From NCBI GenBank assembly GCA_964458565.1, contig CAYWJO010000014.1, forward strand, positions 32,256 to 76,240: 43,985 nucleotides of DNA. Direction: 5' to 3'. The DNA is from an uncultured archaeon. Lineage in GTDB: Archaea > Asgardarchaeota > Thorarchaeia > Thorarchaeales > Thorarchaeaceae. Below are positions 28,142 through 38,765 of this stretch, one piece after another. The notes under the pieces are model-generated. The model did no database searches. It was given only the letters and a program-made list of their open reading frames with translations, and was not told the origin of the DNA. A program made the position numbers and the translations under genes. The number at the start of each line of letters is the position of its first letter. Position 1 is the first letter of the stretch.

Positions 28142-28852
28142 TTGTCATTGGGAACAAAGATCAATTGGATGATTCGCATCGCATTCGTATTGCCGCTGAT
28201 ACTGCTTGTGTTTGCATATCCCGTAACTACCGTAGAACGTGAAGACGCAAGGTGGTTGGATCCACTTGACAGAACTGATGTGGATACACTACCAGGAATA
28301 ACAGGAAGTAATGTGACCGCTCTTACCAATCGAGATATTGAAACTCTTGCAGATATGCTTGAGAGAACTCCTGAGAGAATATCGACAATAACACACCAGG
28401 AGCTATCAGTTGTAGAAGGTTGGTTCGCGTATGCAACCCAATCATATGTCCTCTTGGATAATCATTTCATTGTTTCACTAGTACCCTTCATTTATCTGAT
28501 GCTATTGTTTGGTATTTTCTTCGTTGTACAGGAAGGTTCTCACTGGCAAAGACATGAGGTCTTGGGAGTTTTTGCAAGGTTCATCCAAAGTAACCCGATT
28601 AGAGGATTTCTGACATTCCTTGGAATCCTGATATTGCTAATCCCAACTATCCTACTAATGATGTGGGGAATGTGGATTGACGCATTAGTTAACTTAGCGA
28701 TTCCAAACAATACAACACCGATTGTGAACCTACTCTTAATTAATATCCTAATACTAGCAGGTATGTTCCCAGTTATGTGGAGCAGCTTTAGAACATGGCG
28801 TCAAGCAGTTAGAAGTGCTGCGGATGTTCGTGTGAGAACAACAACAGGTTAA
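28142..28852 (+). CDS. Membrane protein of unknown function
   Basis: About 4 hydrophobic segments; TTG start after GGAGG. Confidence 0.65.
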   Translation: MSLGTKINWMIRIAFVLPLILLVFAYPVTTVEREDARWLDPLDRTDVDTLPGITGSNVTALTNRDIETLADMLERTPERISTITHQELSVVEGWFAYATQSYVLLDNHFIVSLVPFIYLMLLFGIFFVVQEGSHWQRHEVLGVFARFIQSNPIRGFLTFLGILILLIPTILLMMWGMWIDALVNLAIPNNTTPIVNLLLINILILAGMFPVMWSSFRTWRQAVRSAADVRVRTTTG

Positions 28853-28920
28853 ACACAAAACTATGTGGGAGTAGGTTAGTTCCGACTCCCCCCAAGCCAA
28901 TATCGAGCCTTTGATGAAAG

Positions 28921-29832
28921 ATGAAATCTGTAAAGATAAGTGAGGACATCCACGTATTAATTGGTGGAGAGTTCCCGTATTGTAATTCTATTGTATTTCT
29001 GAATCCAGAGTTGACCATTATAGATCCAGGATGTCAATTTGAAAGTATTAGATTATTCTTAAGGAAAAGTGGTAAGGAACCAAGAGATATCAAGAATGTC
29101 ATTTTATCACATATACATCCGGATCATATCGCACATGCAGCAAAAATCCAAAGATTGTCTTCATGTAATTTGATGGCAAACAGTATCACAGCTCCTCTAT
29201 TTGACGATAAAGAGATGATGAGAGAATTTCTCGGTTTTACTAAGGGACACCCTGTGAGGTCGCACTGGGAGAAACTTGTAAATGAAAGAATGTATGGTGC
29301 ACTTGATGATGGGAAAATATCAACGGTACTTGAGGATTCGGAATGTTTCCAAATTGGAGATTATGGTTTGAAAATGATAATGACTCCTGGACACACTCCA
29401 GACCACATGTGTATCGAGTTAGTTGACCAAGCACTGCTTTACACAGCAGATATCGATTGTACAGAATTTGGACCATATTATGGGCACCCCAATTCCTCAA
29501 TACCTGATTTTGGGGAATCCGTGAGAAAAATACTAAACTCAAATGTATTTGGTATTATTAGTGGACATCTAGAAGATCCAGTTTTGTATGAATTTCAAGA
29601 TGAAATAATGAGATACTGGAATAAGGTTCTTGCTCGTGAGAATCTCGTATATGAAGCTATTAAAAACGGAGCTAAAACAGTATTTGATATTACACAGAAT
29701 CCAATCATATACCCATCTCTATCGAATCTAGTATATCTTCAATTTGAAACTTGGATGGTGGAACATCACCTCAAATCTCTTCATAAGAGAGGGCTAATCT
29801 CTGAAACTCGGGATGGATACAGTACTGTCTAG
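28921..29832 (+). CDS. Metallo-beta-lactamase fold hydrolase with C-terminal wHTH-like region
   Basis: IIDPG, SHIHPDH, TPGHTPDH, TAD and SGH. Confidence 0.88.
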   Translation: MKSVKISEDIHVLIGGEFPYCNSIVFLNPELTIIDPGCQFESIRLFLRKSGKEPRDIKNVILSHIHPDHIAHAAKIQRLSSCNLMANSITAPLFDDKEMMREFLGFTKGHPVRSHWEKLVNERMYGALDDGKISTVLEDSECFQIGDYGLKMIMTPGHTPDHMCIELVDQALLYTADIDCTEFGPYYGHPNSSIPDFGESVRKILNSNVFGIISGHLEDPVLYEFQDEIMRYWNKVLARENLVYEAIKNGAKTVFDITQNPIIYPSLSNLVYLQFETWMVEHHLKSLHKRGLISETRDGYSTV

Positions 29833-29892
29833 GTTGAATGCAAACCCTTATCTTATTCACAATAGTTAACATAAATGGGGTAGATAGAAGAT

Positions 29893-32001
29893 TTGACTTC
29901 AGAAAAGGGGCAACCAAATCGACTAATAGATGAGAAAAGTCCATACCTTTTACAACATGTGTACAATCCGGTGGAGTGGTATCCATGGGGTGACGAGGCA
30001 TTTGATAAAGCAGTAAAGGAAAACAAACCGATTTTCCTCTCAATAGGATATAGCACATGTCATTGGTGCCATGTTATGGAACATGAGTCATTTGAAGATG
30101 AAGAAGTTGCAAAACTCATGAATGAAACTTTCGTTAGTATTAAGGTCGATAGAGAGGAGAGACCCGACATTGATAAAGTCTACATGGAAGTGGCAATGGT
30201 TCTCTCTGGTAGAGGAGGTTGGCCATTAACAATCATCATGACGCCAGAAAAGAAACCTTTCGTTGCAGCCACCTATATTCCAAAACAGGATAGATACGGA
30301 CAACGCGGTATGATGAGCTTGATTCCAGTTATAGATCAACTCTGGAAAAATGAACGTGAAAAAGTTGAAATGACTGTTGAACAAGTTCACGGTTCTTTAA
30401 TTTCAACCTCTTTGACAGAATCAAGTGGAACTGTTGATGAAGCCACTATTCTAAGAACTTTCTCAGAATTCTCAAAAAGATTTGATGATAAATATGGAGG
30501 ATTTAATATTGCACCTAAATTCCCATCTCCTCATAATCTTCTGTTTCTATTGAGGTACTGGAAAAAGGCTGATGATCCATGGGCATTACATATGGTTGAA
30601 AAAACACTTCAGGAGATGAGAAAGGGAGGAATTTTCGACCAGATTGGATTTGGTTTTCACCGATATTCAACAGATCAAGAGTGGTTACTTCCACATTTCG
30701 AAAAAATGCTGTATGACCAAGCTATGATTATGTTAGCATACACAGAATTGTATCAAGTCACTGGGAAGAAGGAATATGCGGATGTCGTTCTTGAGATTCA
30801 TGAGTATCTAATACGAGATTTGACTAGTAATGAAGGGGGATTCTATTCAGCCGAAGATGCTGATAGTGAAGGTGTGGAGGGAAAATTCTATGTCTGGTCG
30901 TACGATGAGATATTCTCCAATTTAGAAAAGGAGGATGTAGATTTCTTTACTAAGATTTTCAACATAACGAAAGAAGGTAACTTCCAAGATGAAGCAACAG
31001 GTGAAGATACCGGCTTGAACATACTATATCTTCAAGAAACCATTTCTATGATTGGACAAACATTGAATATGGATGAAAATAGAGTACGAGAGCGAATTCA
31101 ATCAATAAGACAGAACCTTCTAATGATACGGGAGCGCCGTATAAGACCTCATCTTGATGATAAGATTTTGACTGACTGGAATTCATTGATGATTGTGGCA
31201 CTGGCCAAAGCGTCACAAGTCTTGGACAACAGCATCCTGCTAACTAGTGCCCAACATGCATTAGATTTCATTTTAGACAATATGTTAGTCAACGGAGAAT
31301 TATATCACAGATATCGTGAGGGTGAAGTAGCTGTACCAGCGTTTCATGATGACTACGCGTTTTTAATCTGGGCGCTTTTAGAAATGTACGAAACAACATT
31401 TGAAACAAGACTTCTCAAACTTGCAAAAAACATCACTGACCTGATGTTGATTCGATTCGAAGACGAAGAGAGTGGAGGATTTTATTTCTCAGGTGAGAAG
31501 AATGAGGAGCTTCTAGTAAGGAAAAAAGATGCATATGATGGAGCTATACCTTCTGGTAATTCAATTGCTGCATTTAATTTAATTCGTCTTTCTCGAATCC
31601 TAGGAGAGGTAAAGTATGAAGAGAAGGCAACACAAACGATAATGGCTTTCGCAGAGGTAATTGACAAAGCACCAACGGGTTTCTCCATGTTACTTTCAGC
31701 TCTTGATTATCAAGTGGGAAAAAGCTTTGAGGTCGTTATCGCAGGAGAAATCGACGACCATGATACTCAGGTTATGCTAAAGAAATTGAGATCAATGTAC
31801 CAACCCAATATGGTTGTACTTCTTCGAACTAATGATACAAAATTAGACTTGGATGAGATTGCACCATATACAAAATATTACAATCTTGTTAATAATAAAA
31901 CAACAGCTCATGTATGTATTGATTACAACTGCAAGCTACCTACAAATGACCTAAATCAAATGGTGAGTAATCTGGAAGAAGGTGCATCAAAAGTAAATTG
32001 A
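29893..32001 (+). CDS. YyaL/SSP411 (SPATA20-like) thioredoxin-domain + alpha/alpha-barrel protein
   Basis: [52 protein letters not shown] and DDKILTDWN. Confidence 0.95.
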   Translation: MTSEKGQPNRLIDEKSPYLLQHVYNPVEWYPWGDEAFDKAVKENKPIFLSIGYSTCHWCHVMEHESFEDEEVAKLMNETFVSIKVDREERPDIDKVYMEVAMVLSGRGGWPLTIIMTPEKKPFVAATYIPKQDRYGQRGMMSLIPVIDQLWKNEREKVEMTVEQVHGSLISTSLTESSGTVDEATILRTFSEFSKRFDDKYGGFNIAPKFPSPHNLLFLLRYWKKADDPWALHMVEKTLQEMRKGGIFDQIGFGFHRYSTDQEWLLPHFEKMLYDQAMIMLAYTELYQVTGKKEYADVVLEIHEYLIRDLTSNEGGFYSAEDADSEGVEGKFYVWSYDEIFSNLEKEDVDFFTKIFNITKEGNFQDEATGEDTGLNILYLQETISMIGQTLNMDENRVRERIQSIRQNLLMIRERRIRPHLDDKILTDWNSLMIVALAKASQVLDNSILLTSAQHALDFILDNMLVNGELYHRYREGEVAVPAFHDDYAFLIWALLEMYETTFETRLLKLAKNITDLMLIRFEDEESGGFYFSGEKNEELLVRKKDAYDGAIPSGNSIAAFNLIRLSRILGEVKYEEKATQTIMAFAEVIDKAPTGFSMLLSALDYQVGKSFEVVIAGEIDDHDTQVMLKKLRSMYQPNMVVLLRTNDTKLDLDEIAPYTKYYNLVNNKTTAHVCIDYNCKLPTNDLNQMVSNLEEGASKVN

Positions 32002-32086
32002 TTTATGCTTCATGCGCTAGCCTTATTTTGTGTTTTCTAGCTTCAAGCATTGTGCTAAATAATAATAGCTCGGAGCATTGCTATAA

Positions 32087-34234
32087 ATGACATCTATACA
32101 ATCAAAAGGATGTTTACTTCTTGTTTCTTTGCTAGTACTCACTAGTGTTTCAATTGCACCATTGGCAGTAGAAAATTCAAGTTTATTCCTCAAATCAAGT
32201 AGGGACTATATATCTCAAGATCAGGTTTTTCAGATATACCATGGAGGCACAGTGGAGTCCATACGTATTGATGAATTTGATAACTTAGAGGATATTCTAA
32301 CAGCTATGGAGAATGGAGAAGTAGATCTTTTTGGTCAGCGTTTAGATTATTCAAATCATTCTGATATTGAAGGATATGACAACATCGAAGCACTCTGGGC
32401 ACCTGACAATACAATCTGTATGCTAGCAGTCAACAGCAAGAATCAACCATTGGATAATACCTACCTGAGACGGGCATTGGCTTATGCTATTGATAAGAAT
32501 CAATCAATACCTAGTGAATTGTCAGATTATGTGGATGTATTAGATTTTGCATTGCCTTTGAATAATCAATATTCACTTGAAAGTGAAGAAGGAGGAGCCT
32601 ATTATTATGCAGATTATTCTACCGCAATAACCCAGTTAGAGAAAGCAGGTATGCTAGATGTCGATGAAGATTCGATGGTGGAGGGAAATGATGGAAGCGA
32701 AGTCTGTTTGAATATCTGGTACCCCTCAGACAGAAATGGTTTTGATTTCATTGCTTCTCAGATATCATCTAACCTACTTGCCATTGGATTAAATAATACC
32801 GTTGTTTCAATGCCTGAGGCTAATATTACTGCAGAGCTCTTCTATCACAACAACACATACGATTTAGCAATATACAATCAAGAACTTCCACCATATGGTT
32901 TGAATTGGGCTGCAACCACATTTGCTAAGTCAATGAGGGGTGTACCTGGAGAAAATGTAGCGAATATTGATAATAGCATATTTACAACTCTTGCTGCCAC
33001 CTATTATGACGAAATCGAACATGACAATATCATCAATCTTGGAATCCAAGCTTTAAGAAATGTAAAATCATTATGTCCTGTGATCCCCCTCTTTGCGTAT
33101 CGGTGGTTATCGATATACTCCAATCTAAACTTCGAGGGATGGGTTGATGATGAAAATGGGGGTGCAATTAGCGTCTGGAATCCTGTATCCATCACACCAA
33201 ACGCACCTTCTAATAATGAATTAGTTGTTGGAGTCTTACCTGAATATTTTGATGAATTCTATACTTCACTCAACATGTTCAAATCAAATATACCAATTGA
33301 CTACAACTGGGCATCAGGTCACTGGTTTAATCCATATCGACTAGTCTACGATTCCCCCATCGAAACCGCTCCAAGTGGAGCAGCTGTTCCGAGAGAAGCT
33401 ACATCGTGGGAGATTCTATATCTTGGTCAAATACCTGACATAACATTTACTCAACAAAGAGTTCGATTTTACTGTGACTCAAATGCAAACTGGACTGATG
33501 GAGAGCAGTTCGATGCTCAGGATTACCGATTCACCTTCGAATACTATGCTGAAAACAATCTTACAACTTCATACGGAATTATAGGTAGCGTAAAAATAAC
33601 TGGAGATTACCGAGCAGGTATTACTCTGAATTCCAAATACTTGTTCAATTATCGAGAGATTGGTGCCTTGCCAATTATTCCGGAACATATTTGGTTCGGA
33701 AAAAATGCAAGGACATGGGAACCAACCGTTCAGGAAGCTATAGGATCAGGTCCTTTTGTTGTTGAATCATACGTAGCTGGATCTTCTCTAGTCCTGATAC
33801 GTAATGAGATTTACTATCCTGTTGTAGACACTGAGCCACCTGTGTTTCAAAACATTGAGATTAATCCAACGAATCCAATTCCTGCAGAAAGTCTAGTTAT
33901 TAGAATTTACATCACTGATCGAAGCATCATATCAAATGTCACACTTGTATATTCTCATCAGGTTGGGAATATCAACTTCACAGAAACACGAAGGATGAGC
34001 CAATCTGCAATTGGCTATATTGCATCAATTCCAGCAAGAGTTACCGCAGACAAGGTATTCTTTCAGATTCATGCAACTGATATATGGGGAAATTCAGATA
34101 TCGTGTACGAGGATTTCTATACCGTTGAGGGTCTAACTAGTGAAGTAGATTTACTTCCCGCTGTGCTTTTGGTTGGCAGCATCGGTGTGATTGTTCTCCT
34201 TATTACTGGATTTATAATTAAACGGAAATCGTAA
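32087..34234 (+). CDS. Family 5 (OppA/DppA-like) solute-binding protein, circularly permuted, with Ig-like domain and C-terminal TM anchor
   Basis: LRRALAYAIDK and PVIPLF precede WTDGEQFDAQDYRFTF and GSGPFVVESY; then a DTEPP beta domain, TM and KRKS. Confidence 0.8.
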   Translation: MTSIQSKGCLLLVSLLVLTSVSIAPLAVENSSLFLKSSRDYISQDQVFQIYHGGTVESIRIDEFDNLEDILTAMENGEVDLFGQRLDYSNHSDIEGYDNIEALWAPDNTICMLAVNSKNQPLDNTYLRRALAYAIDKNQSIPSELSDYVDVLDFALPLNNQYSLESEEGGAYYYADYSTAITQLEKAGMLDVDEDSMVEGNDGSEVCLNIWYPSDRNGFDFIASQISSNLLAIGLNNTVVSMPEANITAELFYHNNTYDLAIYNQELPPYGLNWAATTFAKSMRGVPGENVANIDNSIFTTLAATYYDEIEHDNIINLGIQALRNVKSLCPVIPLFAYRWLSIYSNLNFEGWVDDENGGAISVWNPVSITPNAPSNNELVVGVLPEYFDEFYTSLNMFKSNIPIDYNWASGHWFNPYRLVYDSPIETAPSGAAVPREATSWEILYLGQIPDITFTQQRVRFYCDSNANWTDGEQFDAQDYRFTFEYYAENNLTTSYGIIGSVKITGDYRAGITLNSKYLFNYREIGALPIIPEHIWFGKNARTWEPTVQEAIGSGPFVVESYVAGSSLVLIRNEIYYPVVDTEPPVFQNIEINPTNPIPAESLVIRIYITDRSIISNVTLVYSHQVGNINFTETRRMSQSAIGYIASIPARVTADKVFFQIHATDIWGNSDIVYEDFYTVEGLTSEVDLLPAVLLVGSIGVIVLLITGFIIKRKS

Positions 34235-34241
34235 TTATCCT

Positions 34242-35729
34242 TCACTGTGAGGGAGTCCGCTTAATCCAATAAATTAGGGATATCACAATTACTGCGACAC
34301 CAATTGATACAGGTATTAAGATGAAACCATACGTAGTCAGAAAATCATTTGGCCAATACTCTGTGAGAGCTGTTCCTGCATCTAACCATGAATCAGATAT
34401 AACATCTAGGTGCATTGAGATATCCGATAGTTCACCATAATGAGAACTAAGAGCCAGGTCAATATCACCTGTTGAATTGAATTCCTCTGCAATTGCAATG
34501 AAAGTTCTTGATACCAAACCAGTGTATACAGAATAATTTGTTCCAGGGTAAATTAGACTAGCATTTGATGATATTGCTTCGAAGCTCGGAATTGCTTGGT
34601 TTGCTGCGTTATTGAAGTCTGAAAGTAATATATCATCAAGAACCAAAGCTATGGTTTCAAGAGCAGCTCGATAGGATAAATATTGTAATGTAAATTGCGC
34701 TTCAAGACCAATCCCGATGCTCAGCAAAATCTGAACTTTGAGATTCTGTTCACCAGCCATCCCATCAAATTCCGAGAGAAATGTTGCGATGGTCTCATTA
34801 TTAAAGAAGGAACTAAGGTCTCTAAATGATGCTTCACCATATCTCCCAACAAGAGCTGCATTACCAAAAGCTCTGTACGAGGTAGGGACTCCCAAGAGAC
34901 GGTCTCTGATATGAGGGCCTAGAATCGCTTTCGGATCAGTTGATGATTCACCAGGTTCGATGGTGATTGAAATGAAATCCCGTGCACTCCAAGCTTGAAA
35001 TAAATCCCAATAGCTAATTGTTGTGTAATTTCCGCGTCCATCTTCAGGATAACCAAAATTTTCTCCAAAAGAACCAACTCCAGGATCCATGATTGTAGCT
35101 TGCAACATAGCATCGTTGTATCCTACTATCACCACACCATGACCACCGCCATATGCTTCCATCTCTCGAAGGTAATCATAGTCGTCAGCGGGTAACCATA
35201 TAGGTTCTACACTTATCATTAGAGGATATCCACGATCTATGGTCTTTCGCATCAGGTTTAGCGCGGCATCCTCGCCATCAAGTAGACTAACACTAATTCC
35301 ATCACTCTCGAGTGTAGCTCGGTTTAATTCAGCGTCGGGAGAATTAAGGTCGAAATATAAAGTCAGATTAACTCCATACGCTTGAGCCGCTAGGAATGTA
35401 TTGTAGTCCTGTCTGTAAAGGACTCCTGGTATTGCCACAAGTGTATCAGCATATCTTGCAGACACGAAAGAAAATCCTGCGGTTGATGCTGCAAAAAGAG
35501 TATGCATATCTAGTGGGACACCCGCAGATTGAAACATGATAGATGCAGCAGCCCAGCTACAGAATCCGTTTATCTCCTGCCATACATAAGGTACATCTTC
35601 TACCAAACCTTGTCCTGAAAGAATGTGAGAATTGTTATCATATTGAGATGAATTAAAGCTCGGTTTCTCAGAAAGGACAGGCATCAGCAGAGCAAGGAGG
35701 ATTAGGAATGTAAGGACTCGAATCTTCAT
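34242..35729 (-). CDS. Secreted, membrane-anchored C39-like cysteine peptidase
   Basis: VPYVWQEINGFCSWAA, GHGVVIVGY and IMDPG give Gln/Cys/His/Asp; signal peptide and C-terminal TM. Confidence 0.78.
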   Translation of the reverse strand: MKIRVLTFLILLALLMPVLSEKPSFNSSQYDNNSHILSGQGLVEDVPYVWQEINGFCSWAAASIMFQSAGVPLDMHTLFAASTAGFSFVSARYADTLVAIPGVLYRQDYNTFLAAQAYGVNLTLYFDLNSPDAELNRATLESDGISVSLLDGEDAALNLMRKTIDRGYPLMISVEPIWLPADDYDYLREMEAYGGGHGVVIVGYNDAMLQATIMDPGVGSFGENFGYPEDGRGNYTTISYWDLFQAWSARDFISITIEPGESSTDPKAILGPHIRDRLLGVPTSYRAFGNAALVGRYGEASFRDLSSFFNNETIATFLSEFDGMAGEQNLKVQILLSIGIGLEAQFTLQYLSYRAALETIALVLDDILLSDFNNAANQAIPSFEAISSNASLIYPGTNYSVYTGLVSRTFIAIAEEFNSTGDIDLALSSHYGELSDISMHLDVISDSWLDAGTALTEYWPNDFLTTYGFILIPVSIGVAVIVISLIYWIKRTPSQ

Positions 35730-35778
35730 GTCAATCGAGTTTGAAGTGTTTCCGTTTAATCATAAGGATGTTGGTGCG

Positions 35779-35810
35779 GAAAAAGATGGAGGGGATAATT
35801 CAATCCCCTC
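35779..35810 (-). terminator. Hairpin plus T-tract downstream of the DUF3160 gene
   Basis: GAGGGGAT (35789-35796) / ATCCCCTC (35803-35810) inverted repeat, followed on the minus strand by CATCTTTTTC. Confidence 0.5.
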
Positions 35811-35820
35811 AATGAGATAA

Positions 35821-38088
35821 TTATTCTCTCTGAATCACAGATACTGCAATAAAACTCAAACCACCAGTTGTTGAATGAGTTGCGAAACTGCTAGTCCATG
35901 AAGGCATAGCTGGTGCATCACCTGCATCGAGGATGGTTTGCCACGCTTCATCTGTAAGACGGTTACTCATCGGTTGATGGAATTCATAGTAAGAGAAGAT
36001 TCCCCCTCTTGCAATAATAACTCTAGGAGTTCCTTCAACGTAGACCTGAACTGCAACGTAGATTACCATTTGATTGCCAACGGCTTCTTCAAGTACGGTT
36101 TCAGAGTTAGGATCAGTGTGGACATCAGCAATGACTGCCATTCGTTTATCAGCATCTGATGTGAATTCTTCTGCTTCAGAGGGAATTGATGCAATACCAT
36201 CAAGAACTTCACCACTGTGGTCTATGATAGAGATTTCAGTACTATTGAGAGGTGTACCTGCAAGTTCTTTGATCGAAACATCCTTCAGAGTTAGCAAAAA
36301 GGAAAGCAATGAGTACAATCTACTATTGATGGCTTCTGAAAGGAGAGAACGAACTCCTAAGCCTGATATCATCATCCTGCATAGGCTAGCAAGACGGGCA
36401 TATAGTCGAGGCATTGGTTCAACATACCCAACGACATCTTCAGGGATTGATGTTTCTCTGAATGTGTATGACTGTTTTGCATATAGAATAGTATCATGTC
36501 GCAGTTCGGTCCAAGAAGCTAAAGCAGTCATCAATTGTTTATCAACCCAAGCTTCACTCTGCATGAACAATGGATATCCCACTCCAGGAGCCTCTAAGAG
36601 AGGTTGCAATGAATACAACCATAACCAATAGAGATTCTGAGTCCAATCCGAATCAGTAAGGTTGCCTATGTAGTTCCAAAGCTTCTGCATCTGTCCGACA
36701 TAATTGACGTACCATTTCTGATCGTCAAGCAATTCCCAAGCCCTGTCTGATCCAAAAGCAGCCATAACATCTAGACCCTTAGGCATCAATCTTCTAGCAC
36801 CTTGAGTGCCAACATAAACATAAACGAGCTGTCCTAGTATGTAGCTGTCTGGAACATATCTCTGTCCCATAAATCTCAAACCCTTTGTCTGATTCAATGA
36901 TTCATAATCATCCAGAGGTGAACTTAGAATCAGAGGGTCTCTTAATGCCATAGCTTCTTCTATGAATATATTCAACAACGAGTCGTCATTCAAATCTTCC
37001 AAGCTTGGATTGGGACCGTAGGTTTGACTGATTAGGTCGAGATATTCTGTCGGAAGAAGATCATCCGCTGCTCCAACAAAGAAGACTGTTGGTTGATAGA
37101 TAGCATCCCATATATCATATCCAGTTGTACCAGACGGAAATCCCGGAATCTCATCCAAGAGTGCAAGTGTAATCAAAATTGCTTGCGCAGTTTCATTCCT
37201 ACCACGCTCATTTGGTACATCAGGTAAATCCGGTTTAAGTCTAAACATAAGACGTCCATACCACATCATTGTCTTGAAGAATTTCTTTAGCTGGTCACTT
37301 CGGGTATAGTGACCTCTGGGAACGTACTGACTGAAATCTTCTTCATAACCCTGGAACCAGTTGAAACTGATGCCTTCATGTTCAGCTATAAGATCTAAAA
37401 CTTTGAGAACTTCATTCTCAACCTCAGGAAGGAGAACTGTTTCATTATCCAAGAGCATCAAAGCTGTTGAGAAGAACATCATGTTTCTCAATGCTGCGTC
37501 TTTCCACCGACCTTCAGCTGCATTGAGATACTGAGCATAGGTCGAGTCGAGCATGGAGGTGGACAGGTTTCCTAAAAGGTCCCAGAAGGACCACACTTCT
37601 GCTTCCCGAAGAGCTAGATCGTACAATATGTGAAATGCATGAAGGACTGAATCAGAACTCACATACGAAGGAATTCCGTAATCGAAATTTTCAATCAAAA
37701 TATCATGGATTTGTTTATACTCAGCTTGTTCAGTTGCTACGAATCCATTTGATTCAATCAGACTCCGTTCGGTTGAAGAGAGAGTTGGAAATTGATATAG
37801 ATTGGCGATATTAGCTAGACCTGCTTCGATCGAATACTCAGGGGTATTCGCTTCGAAATTCTCATCATAGGGGATATAGTCTGCAAACTCCGTAGAGATT
37901 GAACCATTAATCGTGTACATTAAAGAAGTCGGAACACCTGGCCCTGCGGGATTGGGATTCCAATTCATCGTTCCAAAGTATCCAAGAGAAACTACAAGAC
38001 TAACAGCCAACAGGCTTGAGATCACTCCGCCAGAGAGAATTTTTCGTCTTGTTTGATTATCTATCGTTCTAATCAACACGGCAATCAC
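35821..38088 (-). CDS. DUF3160 domain-containing protein
   Basis: NGFV, DSVLHAFH, EDFSQYVPRGHYT, MMWYGR, RFMGQRY, ASWTELRHDTILYAKQS, IADVHT and RLTDEAWQ. Confidence 0.9.
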   Translation of the reverse strand: MIAVLIRTIDNQTRRKILSGGVISSLLAVSLVVSLGYFGTMNWNPNPAGPGVPTSLMYTINGSISTEFADYIPYDENFEANTPEYSIEAGLANIANLYQFPTLSSTERSLIESNGFVATEQAEYKQIHDILIENFDYGIPSYVSSDSVLHAFHILYDLALREAEVWSFWDLLGNLSTSMLDSTYAQYLNAAEGRWKDAALRNMMFFSTALMLLDNETVLLPEVENEVLKVLDLIAEHEGISFNWFQGYEEDFSQYVPRGHYTRSDQLKKFFKTMMWYGRLMFRLKPDLPDVPNERGRNETAQAILITLALLDEIPGFPSGTTGYDIWDAIYQPTVFFVGAADDLLPTEYLDLISQTYGPNPSLEDLNDDSLLNIFIEEAMALRDPLILSSPLDDYESLNQTKGLRFMGQRYVPDSYILGQLVYVYVGTQGARRLMPKGLDVMAAFGSDRAWELLDDQKWYVNYVGQMQKLWNYIGNLTDSDWTQNLYWLWLYSLQPLLEAPGVGYPLFMQSEAWVDKQLMTALASWTELRHDTILYAKQSYTFRETSIPEDVVGYVEPMPRLYARLASLCRMMISGLGVRSLLSEAINSRLYSLLSFLLTLKDVSIKELAGTPLNSTEISIIDHSGEVLDGIASIPSEAEEFTSDADKRMAVIADVHTDPNSETVLEEAVGNQMVIYVAVQVYVEGTPRVIIARGGIFSYYEFHQPMSNRLTDEAWQTILDAGDAPAMPSWTSSFATHSTTGGLSFIAVSVIQRE

Positions 38089-38258
38089 TTGTTTTCATAT
38101 ATCACAATTAGTACTTAGTACCATGGTATAGAACACCTTGTTCATCAAATGAAACACATACCGGACTAACTGTACACAAATTAGAACAGTGATTTTTTCG
38201 ATATTGTAGAAGCCTTTAATTTCAAGAAGGGTTCAAATATGACTAGGCGATTAAAGCT

Positions 38259-38711
38259 TTGTCAGGGGAGAAGGATTCAACAGAGTTAGAACCAGATCTT
38301 AGAGGTAACACGTTACGTGTATATTGGTATATGCTTCAGCAAGGTGAACGAGTAGGAGTTCGGGAAGTACAACGTGCAATGGGAATGTCAAGTCCATCAG
38401 TGGCAAGTCATCATCTGACAAAATTAGCGGATATGGAATTGATTGAGAAGAAATCAGATAACTCATATGAACTTGTTAGAATCGTTAAAGTAGGAGTATT
38501 GCGGAATTTCGTAGCTATCAGAGGGACTCTATTACCTAGATACACATTTGTTGCAATATTTTTCACGATGTATACTGTGGCTTATTCTATTCTTTCAGTA
38601 GTATTGGATGCAGGACTCTTCGATAGGCTTGTTGCCATCGCGATTGGAGTGGTTGGTTCCATCTTCGGGTGGATTGAAACCTATCGTCTCTGGAAACTCA
38701 AACTAACGTAG
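38259..38711 (+). CDS. Membrane-bound wHTH transcriptional regulator
   Basis: LRGNTLRVYWY, GVREVQRAMGMSSPSVASHHLTKL and two C-terminal TM helices. Confidence 0.82.
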   Translation: MSGEKDSTELEPDLRGNTLRVYWYMLQQGERVGVREVQRAMGMSSPSVASHHLTKLADMELIEKKSDNSYELVRIVKVGVLRNFVAIRGTLLPRYTFVAIFFTMYTVAYSILSVVLDAGLFDRLVAIAIGVVGSIFGWIETYRLWKLKLT

Positions 38712-38765
38712 AACTTGAGTAACCTTTATTCAGAGAAACAAAACGGAGAAATTGGTGTTAGAATA

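Noticed and set aside
36074-36631. 185-aa plus-strand ORF and other short antisense or alternate-frame ORFs (e.g. 39332-39835, 21716-22111, 6093-6443)
   Set aside because: They are shadows of well-supported genes and have no recognisable motifs.
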